Below are positions 40,950 through 51,729 of a DNA stretch of 64,000 bases, one piece after another. The DNA lies in the NCBI GenBank assembly GCA_030704615.1, contig CM060732.1:29202001-29266000 (forward strand). Reading direction: 5' to 3'. A program made the position numbers and the translations under genes. The DNA comes from Takakia lepidozioides. Lineage: Eukaryota > Plantae > Bryophyta. The notes beneath the pieces are model-generated. The model had not been told where the DNA came from and did not search any database. It saw nothing but the letters and a program-made list of their open reading frames with translations. Positions within the stretch are counted from its first letter, which is position 1. Each line of letters begins with the position of its first letter.

Positions 40950-43900
40950 CTATAGAAGGGTGTTCACTTCTCCATAGCCTAGTGTGGCTTGGTGGATGAA
41001 TTGGTCTCTCTTACCGTCGCAACACATAATCACAAGGTATATGTAATATTGATGCTTGCAGGGGACCCACTTCCCTCTCATGCCGAGAGCGCCCTCACGC
41101 ATCGTTACAAAGTCCGGACAAGTGCACGAAGGGAAATTCCCGATGGTAACCTGATATTCTTTGCCATGAAGAACTGACCCAATTGACAGCACTGTGTAAA
41201 TCCGTCCATACCCCGGAGAAGGGATTTCGGTGATACGAGACACCCGAGCCTGCAAAATTAGCAGATTCCATCTTGCATTCGTGATCTGCACCCGAAGCGA
41301 AACGGCACACTGTTTTTCCATCTCTTTTTGTTGGGTGGGAGTCGGCACCGGGTGGCGGCATTGCCGGAGCATGTGGCACATCTGTGCCGACAATGCATGA
41401 GGGCACCACCCGGGACCGTGCAAGACAGAACCCTCCCTCCTCCAGCATGCTTATCTCGGTTGATGACAACGACGTCCCAATTTGCACAGGCCAAATTGCG
41501 GGGGGAGGGGGTTTCATTATCACCAAAGGACGAACTGTTCCCTTCACGCATTGTGCCATATCGTCTGGGCAGAACCAAAATTTGTGGTCCTTTGACTCCC
41601 CACTATGATAAGGTCGGAACAACCCTGTGAATGTTGGAGCTGGAGTCCCCCTGGAGCCTTTGCATATCTTTGATTTGCATTTCTTGAATGAGGGGGTCCG
41701 AATTGCCATGCAAGCCACTCTAGATCCTGGTGGGGTGCGTTCTATATGCCACTCACTATCAATGCAATCGGATTCCTGCACCATGGCCACCGCCTCCTCC
41801 AATGGGATTCCCGCTGCTGTGCTTGTATGTTTTGCACCTGCTCCACTGGAGGAGGACCCACCTGGGAAGGGGCGGGCACACGACTCAGTCTGCAGTGGAG
41901 ACACCTTTGGCACAGAGAAATTGACCCTGTCTGGCCGATGGGAATCTCCATCTGACCCTGGAAGAGTGTTCAATTTCCTTTTGCATGATCCAAATCTTTC
42001 CTCGCCTTCCAAATGGGGGATCCTGGATTGTAGAGCGGACCCTTCAGTGCATCTGTTTAGAGCTCTGGCCATCTTCGACGGGACTCCGGACCTACTCGCA
42101 GCCCTTAGCATCAACAAAGTCGTATCAGGGCCCTTGCCTCCACCCCGTCCCATCAGAAAATTGCGGTACCTGGTTTGTTGTGTAAGTGCACGCACCATGT
42201 CATCAGCAGTGGCCACATACAAGTCACGACCTGCTTTGGTAGACTGCTGCATCCAGGCGTTGTGAACAGTCTCCGCCAAATTACAGGATGGCATGTCGGC
42301 CAAGTCCTCCAAGGACATGTCCTGCAGAAGGCATTGCATGGATATGTGAGGAACAAAAACAAATGGTAGAGGTTCTTCAAGTGACAATCGAAGAACCCCA
42401 AATGAACAGGCACGATGCAAAATTTCTGTTTTTGGGATTGAAGAGGCTTACCGTCGTCATGAAAGCTCCCCACTGTCTGTACCTGAAGTGCCAGAAAACC
42501 AACCAATCCTCCAACTCCTTTACGTGGTACCTGTTGCAGCACCAGAGGAGAACCACCAAGCCCGGATTGCCTGGTAAGTGCTCTCAGCTTCTCCCATTGA
42601 GGTGGCATTCTTGTACTTGAGACAGAGCCTTCTGTGCTCCAACTGCAGGTCAGGGCGAATGCAGCGCTTTGTATGACGTGCCAGAGATTGAGTCCAATGG
42701 AAGAGGCATGTGCGCTCCCTATTTTCCATTGGGATCTTAGGATCCCCCGAACCAAACACGCGTCGCACTGCATTGAAATTTGCCTGTGCACTATCAGCCA
42801 TGAAGTCCGCAAAATTTGTGTTTTGTATTCCATTGCGCTGCATGACGGCCAAGAGCGAATTCCACATGAGCATTTGGGATTCAGTGTCCTCCGACTGCAT
42901 ATCACAAATTGCTATGGAGAGCACACGCTGGTACGCCGGATCATACACATGGCACGCCATGGTTGTCCAACCCTTCACCCGTTTGCAGTGATCAAACATT
43001 AACCAACATTTAGCCAAATCTCCTCCTGGTTGCATACGGCGGACAATGCTCACACCACTGCCTTCGCCCACAGCGGACATCTTGAACAAATACACCTTGG
43101 ACGAGCCCTGGCCAGGGAAGACACTGTTTTGAATGAATTCATAGCGACTCCTCCGCTTCAGGTCCATAATGTTGTCCATGAATCCAGTAGTGCCTGTGCC
43201 CATTCTGAGTGCATTCACCTGGTTTCGAATATTGGGAGAGCTCAACACGGAGAAATGGTCCATGACTGCATTAAGCGAATCTGCATCCAGCATAAGTTGT
43301 GTCGCATCCCCTTCACCCAGTATGTGTTTCTCCAGGAATGCCTTGCTAGCTGCAAGCGCTATAGCAGAAGGTGTTGCAGAAGGGGCATTGTGGAACTCCT
43401 GCTTCAGCAGATTTCTAGCGATGTCCACGCTATCCCTGCAACTTCCTTTGGACACAGGATGCTCGTGTGCACCCATATGAATGCAGGCACGAGTCATTGT
43501 CTTGCATCGGTGTGCCACCTGATATATACGAGCGTGGCACACAGAAACACAGGACGGGGAAAGTTTGCAGAACCTGCACACGAAAGTATTGGTCCTGGGA
43601 GGGGCAAGCCCTGGGGTGAAAGGATTCAGGGGCACACCTTCCCACTCACTTTTGTTTGGTTGAGCGTTGTTTCTCAGGCGAGGGCAAGAAATATTCTGGC
43701 ACTTACAATGCCCAACGCAGACCGACCTCCGAAATTTCAAGCCAATGTCGGTATGGATGTTCGACATTTTTGTCCTGCACCAAGGATGTCCGTCATGTTT
43801 CTTGTCCATGCCCTGTAAAAGCCCAGCCAGTCCAGTGGAAGAGGTGGGAGGGTTGAGCTCAAATAGGATGTCCCCATCAAACTGTGCTGGCATGTATTGA

Positions 43901-44484
43901 ACCCGTTGCATAGGAAGGGACTCCCAATCAACAAAATGCAGCTCGCTCTTGCACCCAGGCACACCTGCGAGGGCTTTCAATTTTGGAATGACACTCGTTA
44001 TCTCTTGCAATTCGTCATCATCCAATGACGGAGTCTGCACTGGCGGAGGAATCTCAGAAACATCCTCCGAGGACGAGTCTGAAAGAGTCACGAAGGTAGT
44101 GGATGTGCTCACCTCTTGTTTCACAGGAACTGTGCCCTTCTGTTGCACGACCGATGCTGCAGTGCCAGGGGTAACGACCGATCCTGCTGATTGTCTTCTC
44201 TCTTTTCCAAGGACACGGTATGTGCCTGGAAGGACTCTCCATTTCCTTCCACACTTGCCAACCAATGGTTTCTCCAAGTGCCCAGAATCCAAATTCCCAT
44301 CCTCGTCATACACCTCCTTTTGAACAAGGAGAGAACCCAACTCCAGCGGGAACAATGTAACCAGCTCATCCTCATGAACAACTGCAAACCCATCGTCGTC
44401 TGCAGTGGCAGTCAGTGGAAGAGTACCTGCATTGGAATGGAATCGAGCAAGTGTATCTCGCTCCCTCGACATGTTTTCCCTCAC
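40950..44484 (-). CDS. MULE-type DDE transposase with GCM-like N-terminal zinc domain and C-terminal SWIM finger (spliced; one frameshift at about 42535)
   Basis: DGHPW...CVGHCKC...CRFC...CHAR...GAHEHP (GCM-like); WLMFDH, FMADSAQA, RTCLFHW (CxxH), CNLAETVH (third acidic residue); last exon PSCTCPDF...VPCKH (SWIM). Confidence 0.8.
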
Positions 44485-45089
44485 TGAACGAAAGTTGCGG
44501 AATCCTCGAACTGATATCCCGCAATTACCGAAAGGGGAATTAAGACAAGCAAACCGAGGTCAACAAGGGTAGCTCCAATCCAAAGGTTGCAGGTGATGCA
44601 TGCAAAGGATGTAGGGATGAGATGCACCTTCACTTCGGAAACAGCAACGCCAAGAGGCACTAACCAGAAAAATTGTTTTGAAATACTACAAGAAGCCGTG
44701 CTGTTTATGGATGAAAACAAACACTGAAAACGACATGAAGCGAAAAGGGTCCCCGACAATTGGGGAGTCTTCTGGAGCAGCCAAGAAAAAGGTGAAATCT
44801 TTAAGACCCACATTTGTGTTTCGTTGCTGATATGAATATAGCCCACACAGGACATCTGCACCAAGCTGAAAGCACTGCAAACTTGAAGCCCAAATAGTGT
44901 GCGGCAACGCACACTGTTTGGGCCTACCAATTTGGTTGATTGTTCAGGTGCGAAACGCCCAAACTTGGGCACTACAGCAGGTTCAATACAACCCAAATTG
45001 CAAGCTCAATCAGAGACAGTTGAGCTGAACATTTCACTGCTGTTTCCGTCTCGATATCGGTTTTCCAGGATATGTATGTCCGGACGACA

Positions 45090-47040
45090 GAACCCTTCAG
45101 TGGCAGCTCAAACAGTGTGCGTTGGCGCACACTGTTTGAGCTCTACATGTGACGATTTTGTCCGTGTTGAATTCGCCCTTTAGGGCACGTTTATGATGAC
45201 GAAATAACCATTCAGTGGCAGCTCAAACAGTGTGCGTTGGCGCACACTGTTTGAGCTGAACATGTAAGTGTTTTTTCCGATTGAAATTCGGACTTCCAGG
45301 GCAAGTTTATGATGATGAAATAACCATTCAATGGCAGCTCAAACAGTGTGCGCCAACGCACACTGTTTGAGCAGAACATGTCACTGCTTTTTTGGTGTTA
45401 AATTCGGACTTCCAAGGCAAGTTTATGATGATGAAATAACCATTCAGTGGCAGCTCAAACAGTGTGCGCCAACGCACACTGTTTGAGCTGAACATGTAAG
45501 TGTTTTTTCCGATTGAAATTCGGCATTTAGGGCACGTTTCTGAAGATGAAATAATCCCTCACGGGCAGCTCAAACAGTGTGCGCCAACGCACACTGTTTG
45601 AGCTGTACATGTCACTGCTTTTTTGGTGTTAAATTTGGACTTCCAGGGCAGGTTTATGATGATGAAATAACCATTCAGTGGCAGCTCAAACAGTGTGCGT
45701 TGGCGCACACTGTTTGAGCTGAACATGTAAGTGTTTTTTCAGATTGAAATTCGGCATTTAGGGCACGTTTCTGAGGATGAAATTATCCCTCACTGGCAGC
45801 TCAAACAGTGTGCGCCAACGCACACTGTTTGAGCTGTACATGTCTGCGCTTTTTTGGTGTTAAATTCGGACTTCCAGGGCACGTTTATGATGATGAAATA
45901 ACCATTCAGTGGCAGCTCAAACAGTGTGCGTTGGCGCACTCTGTTTGAGCTGAACATGTAAGTGTTTTTTCAGATTGAAATTCGGCATTTAGGGCACGTT
46001 TCTGAGGATGAAATAATCCCTCACTGGCAGCTCAAACAGTGTGCGCCAAGGCACAGTGTTTGAGTTGTACATGTCACTGCTTTTTTGGTGTTAAATTCGG
46101 ACTTCCAGGGCAGGTTTATGATGATGAAATAACCATTCAGTGGCAGCTCAAACAGTGTGCGCCAACGCACACTGTTTGAGCTGTACATGTCACTGCTTTT
46201 TTGGTGTTAAATTCGGACTTCCAGGGCAGGTTTATGATGATGAAATAACCATTCAGTGGCAGCTCAAACAGTGTGCGCCAACGCACACTGTTTGAGCTGA
46301 ACATGTAAGTGTTTTTTCCGATTGAAATTCGGACTTCCAGGGCAGGTTTATGATGATGAAATAACCATTCAGTGGCAGCTCAAACAGTGTGCGCCAACGC
46401 ACACTGTTTGAGCTGTACATGTCACTGCTTTTTTGGTGTTAAATTCGGACTTCCAGGGCAGGTTTATGATGATGAAATAACCATTCAGTGGCAGCTCAAA
46501 CAGTGTGCGCCAACGCACACTGTTTGAGCTGAACATGTAAGTGTTTTTTCCGATTGAAATTCGGACTTCCAGGGCAGGTTTATGATGATGAAATAACCAT
46601 TCAGTGGCAGCTCAAACAGTGTGCGTTGGCGCACACTGTTTGAGCTGAACATGTAAGTGTTTTTTCCGATTGAAATTCGGCATTTAGGGCACGTTTCTGA
46701 GGATGAAATAATCCCTCACTGGCAATTCAAACAGTGTGCGTCAACGCACACTGTTTGAGCTGTACATGTCACACTGTTCGAACTCACCTTTTCACTTTTT
46801 TCATCCAAATCGGCCGCATATCTTGGAGTTTACAATGAACACTTACCTGGCACAAGTAGATGTTCAATGATCATTTACATGGCAAGTGAAACAATGTGCG
46901 TCAACGCACACTGTTTGAGCCCACTTTTACATTGTCTATTTCTGTGGAATTCGGCAACATAGGACATGTCTGTGAGGGTCAATGTACACTTACCTGGCAG
47001 CTTAAAATACTGTGCGTCAACGCACACTCTTTGAGCCCAC
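45090..47040. repeat. Tandem array of about 17 x 115-116-bp units, each with the 40-bp palindrome CAGCTCAAACAGTGTGCG-(TTGG/CCAA)-CGCACACTGTTTGAGCTG
   Basis: Palindromes start at 45104, 45219, 45335, 45451, 45566, 45682, 45797, 45913, 46028, 46144, 46260, 46376, 46492, 46608 and 46723; degenerate copies at about 46883, 46998 and 44889. Confidence 0.97.
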
Positions 47041-47110
47041 TTTTTCATGCCTAAGCCGACGTTTCATGCCTCTCTAATATCAAGTTGAATGAACAACCCT
47101 GCAGGAGAAG

Positions 47111-50100
47111 ATGCAAAGTGTGGCAGATGAGGTCCCTTCGGGTCAGGAGAAGGAGATAATTGTTGATGTGGACGATGAGTTCTATGAAAGCAAAGCCGCT
47201 GAGATGCTGGGGGGTCAGAAGGTAAACTCTCAGCTTGTGGTGCAAAGTATGCTTGCCCTGGGTGGGAGGTTGAAGATTCCCCTGTGTAGGTTGGTTTCCA
47301 TGCCCGTCGTTCGTACACCCCTCGTCAAGGACATTCTCAAGCTGGAGGCCGAGTTTGTGCATGGGTATTTGGATGGATCCGCAGTCTTTTACGTTTCTAC
47401 TAGGGATTCCAAAGGTAATGAGCTCCTCGTGGATCAGTCAATCGTGGACTCCTGGGACCCCATTTGGAGACAGCTGAACGAATCCTTCGAACTTCTTCTC
47501 TCCAGGAAACCTTCCACCCATGCATTCTTGGGAAAGATGTTTCACGTTTGGGATGGGAACCACCGCTTGCTTGCATGGATGGCTGTCATTGGGAGGCTGC
47601 ACTCACAGGAGGAAGAGTGGCATTACTCTGTTCGATCGATGGTGCTGGATTGTGACGGGAACATGATGGGTCTTCTGACGGCAATGAATGATGTGAACAG
47701 GTTGGTTTCTCATTCTACATGTTCCACTTGTGGTTCCGTTCTTCTTTGATTGAAGACCTTGAATTTCATTCTGACTTACAGATATCATTCTGCAGAGGAA
47801 CGGAGACATCGCATGTCAAAATGAGTTTGGTTCACACATTGTATAGGATACAAAGGATAGGGCAGATGCCCTTGACCAACTTCAAGACCATCCTTTCAGC
47901 AGAGATGTACAAGAAGTGCGAAAGCTCCAAGACATCGGAAACGTGGTACTCGTTGACCCGTGAGGCTTTCATGGAGTACATGTACACGGTGAGATACATC
48001 TTCCTTCATCTGGTCTTCCATATTCCACATGTTAGTTTCTGTTTGTTTCCCTTGACCTTGTGCTGATGCAACTCTCTTGCATTCCCTTGCAGCAAGACAT
48101 TGCAGATGCAGGGGAGCGTGGCAAACTGGAATACTACAGCTCTACCCCTGAGGAGAGAAGGACAGCAAAGGGGGTTGAGAGTCGCATCCAGAAAGAGATG
48201 ACCGCTACAAGAAGGACTATAATGAGTGCTTTCGTGAAGCAGTTGAGAATTGCCGACCCATCATTCGGACCGCAGTTTCTCCTGGAGATAAAAAAACCAT
48301 TATAACAAGCCAGGCAAGCCAGAAATGACCCAGGAGAAGTTGCACAGGCTGTCTACCGCCGTTGTGTCTCCAGAACAAAAGGTGAAGTGGCTGCAGATAT
48401 GGAACTCCGATCCCACAGTTAGGGATACCCACATGTTCCCAAGGTCGGAGAAAGAGAAGAAGACCCAGCGTGTCATTCCTGTCAGTGACAATGTGCTGGA
48501 CACCTGGCTTCACAAGGCCACTTACTGGAGCCAGGTGTGATGTCCTTCCCTGTGTCACTGTCTTTTCTCTTTTCCTGTCCTTATCTTTCTATTGCCTCTT
48601 ACATTCGCTGTGATTGCTTTTGGTTTCATTCTTGCATTTGTATTGTTTTGCAGTTGGAAGAAAGGGCCAGATCGGTTCTGCATACTCAACTGGCTGACTA
48701 TGGCATCAGTATGATAGCACCAAAGGTGTCCTTCAAGCATACATGAGGAAATGGAGAGCCACAGTGTGGCACTCTTGTTTCTTTAGAGAGTTCAGCAAGG
48801 AGGGTGGCATCAGTCGAACAAATGAGCTGGACCAGCAAGAAAAAGGAGAGGAAGCCTGGAAACGATGCCTTTACAGGTGCACACTCTTGCACTACTTATT
48901 TGTGCTGTGGTTGCAATGTGTTGTGTGGCATACTGTTTAAGGGGGTCTTCCTGGTGTGATGGAAAAGTTGCCACACAATATTTCCATTGTAAAATGAGGC
49001 TGTCTCTGTTGCTGCAGGTACATAAAGTTTGTTCTCCTGGAAGAGAATTGCCTGGACAAACATCCAGATTTCGTGGACCTGTGGCTTGTCCCTGCTGGCA
49101 ACCAGACCATGTTCACTACTGGGATCTTGCATGACTGGGGCCCATACCATCTTTCTTCTTGTGGTTGGTATTTGGATTGCCCTCCTTCTGAGACCCCAGC
49201 TCCAGAGGTGTCTTTGAGGAGAGAGAATGACCGTATTGCAGCCACTGCCGCAGCAGCCGACCTCGACATTCATGAACGAAATTTGAGGACTCTTGCAGAG
49301 AAGGAGCCTCCCGCTCACAATACCCCAGGTAGAGGAAGAAAGGCAAAGGGAAAAGATGTTGCTGGTGTTGTGGGGAAGGGAAGGGGTAGAGGGAAGGTGA
49401 CACAAGGGCAGGGAAGTGTTGTAGATATTGGCCCTGTGGAGCATGTCCAGCAGACTCCACCGCATGGTAGGGGATCCGGGAGAAAAAACAAGGGGGTGGT
49501 TGATCCCAAGGACCCGTACCATGCAGTGGAACATCCCACGAGGGTCATTCGCCCAACCAGGTTGGAGATGGCCAACGTCGGGTTCCTTGCCATGATGGAG
49601 TCGAAGAAATCTGATTACAAGGGCGAGCCATCACCAGTGTGGGACAGGATTGTGCAGTTCCTCAGCACGGTGCGTGTTCTCTTTGGGTTCTGTGGCTTCT
49701 GTTGTTTTTGTCTGCTGTGGGCATGGATCGTTTCTAAACTTGTGAGAATTCCATTGTATTTTTGTTTGCAGGCTAAAATGACCAAATCCTGGGTGAACGG
49801 GAAGGAGAAGCCATATGCAGCCGAACTCATCATCTTGGACATCCCTGATGGGTTGGCAGTCCCGGATATCCCTCCATCGGGTGCTTGTCCGGGTTGGAAT
49901 GCTTTTGATGAGCGCTACTAGCGGTGGGTTTTCTCCTTTTGCAACTTCTTCCTGTCCGATGCAGGTATTTTGGTGCTCATCCAGTCCATCGACGGTCGGT
50001 GTCGCCGTGCACTTTCCAACTATTTGAAAGCCTCGGGCATGAGAGTCGTGAAGACATGGAATTGTGTGAACAGCATGTACCTTACGAAGGGGGATCGCCC

Positions 50101-50832
50101 GGGAGAGATGGTGAGTTTGCCTTCTTCTTCCTCTTCTTGGTTGTTCTCCGATGGGGTTGTATAGGTCGCTCGAACTCATATGTAGGGGCCCGATTTTTTT
50201 TTGCTTCTTAATTCCTTGTGGATGTCATGTTCGCAGACTCGTCTGTTTGAAGCTGTTTGTCTCGTCCGGGTGCATCCACAAATGACTCCGGCCGGCATTA
50301 CCGAGTTTGCCATCACTCATGGGGCCAAGTTCATAGATGACAGGACAGATCCCCCCACGGATGACATGCATCACAACTACGTCGACAGCAACGTGTGCTT
50401 GCGAAGGGGGGATGGGGTTCTTTGGAGAGGGGCGAGGGAGAGGAGTCCGGCTTTCATTCAAACGATTGTGGAGTGCTGCACCTACACAGACGCCAGAGTT
50501 CTGGATTTGTCGATGGGCACAGGTTCATCTCTTCAACATTCACATTTCATGAGGTTTGATTGAGCTTGCACTTTCAGCACTTCCCACCGTTCCGAATGTG
50601 TCTTCAATGTCTTCTTCATTCATTCTATTCCACTGCAGGTGCTTCTTACCACGCTTGCAAGGCCAGTGCGCGACATGTCTTTGGGATTGAAGGGGATGCT
50701 GAGATTTACAAGAACCTCCTGATGGGTTTGGGTGGACACACTTCTCAAGTCCTTCCGAAGCCCCGTCCCGTTGATACTGATACAGAGGAGACTTCTGACA
50801 AGGAGCTGGACTCCGACTTTGCCTGTGAGTAA
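47111..50832 (+). CDS. ParB/Srx-like domain + beta-class N6A/N4C DNA methyltransferase-like fusion, 8 exons, mildly disabled
   Basis: Approximate exons 47111-47700, 47796-47988, 48093-48534, 48654-48875, 49018-49669, 49772-50110, 50237-50522, 50639-50832. ParB motifs FHVWDGNHRLLAW (GxxRxxA) and MNDVNR. MTase AELIILDIPDG (motif IV position), then ERSPAFIQTIVECCT...VLDLSMGTGASYHACKASARHVFGIEGDAEIY (motifs X-I-II). Frameshifts at about 48295 and 48730; TGG>TAG at 49919. Confidence 0.75.
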
Positions 50833-51579
50833 GTTCAACCTATGCATGCTTTCATTGTTGTTTCAATATCGAGAGTCGCTGTTCTTCAGGCAAAGTGCAC
50901 ATGGGAGACATCCTCTTTGTTGGACTTGTGCATTGCATCATTGTGTTAAAAATGGGGTTTTGTGGACATGTGCAGGAGTCCGCGTGCTTCCACTTGCCCT
51001 CCAGGGCTATCACACCTATTTGGACTTGTTTGCAGTCCTCCTCGGTCTTGCGTGCTACCTGTCTATGCGGAGGCACTCGCAGCAAGCATGTCCGTTCATG
51101 GCACTCCGAGTCCACCTTACGACGGCCTTCGTAGAACACGTGGTGTTGGGGCCAGAATCTTTGTAGTTGACATAGCACAGGAGGTGGACACTGATTGTGA
51201 TGACTGCGACACTTGATATGAAGTTTTCTTTTGGTTTAATTCTAGGCCAAATTTGAAATGGGATGGTTGTGTGTCCTTGTTGTCCTGTTTGCAATGTGTG
51301 CGTGGAATTCACATTCATGGTTACAAACTATTGTTGGAGATGGGGGTTGCATGGACTGCCTGGATTGTTCCTTCAATCTATTTGATGTTTTGTGGACCTC
51401 ACAGACTGGAGTACATTGCGAAAACAAACAAACCACTTTGGTTCGTGTAGAGCATTCTCGCATCATTTGCTAGTTGGTCCCCAAACTATTCCTGCTAGAA
51501 GAATGGTTGGTGAATCCATCACGGTGAAGTCCACCTCATCAAAAACTGTTCAGGCATTCTCAATTCTACCCACATCAAC

Positions 51580-51729
51580 CCGCGGAAATAGGTGACACCA
51601 CTCGGAAATAGGTGACATCCGCGGAAATAGGCACTGTTTGCATGCTGACGTGGCGTGAGCCTGTGCTGGGCTCACGCTTTCCTGGGCTCACAGGCTCACG
51701 CCTCCGGGCTCACGGAATAGCACCCCCCC
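51580..51729. repeat. Right subterminal repeats and TIR of the Mutator-like element
   Basis: (cc)gcggaaataggtgaca x3, followed by clustered GTGAGC/GCTCAC motifs. Confidence 0.8.

Larger units (their letters stand above)
40519..51729. mobile_element. 11.2-kb Mutator-like DNA transposon carrying a ParB-methyltransferase gene and a palindrome array, inserted in a PPR motif
   Basis: 8-bp TSD CCAGGCTT at 40511-40518 and 51730-51737; removing the insert restores the PPR sequence agggctgccaggcttgcacacgc. Imperfect TIRs of about 45 bp: GGAGCGTAGCTACGGCGTGAGCCCAGCCCCGTGAGCCTG vs GGGGGGGTGCTATTCCGTGAGCCCGGAGGCGTGAGCCTG. Confidence 0.9.

Noticed and set aside
45090-47040. CRISPR array
   Set aside because: Spacers are not unique (two recurring haplotypes per half), there are no cas genes, and the context is a eukaryotic transposon.
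47111-50832. Bacterial or phage contamination
   Set aside because: The gene has GT-AG introns conserved in a paralog and sits inside a TSD-flanked insertion in a plant PPR sequence.
40519-51729. Zisupton/KDZ or hAT assignment from the 8-bp TSD and SWIM domain
   Set aside because: The core shows MULE-type D..D-CxxH..E with a GCM-like domain and G-starting TIRs; no KDZ CxC or hAT dimerisation motifs were seen. The superfamily still needs phylogenetic confirmation.
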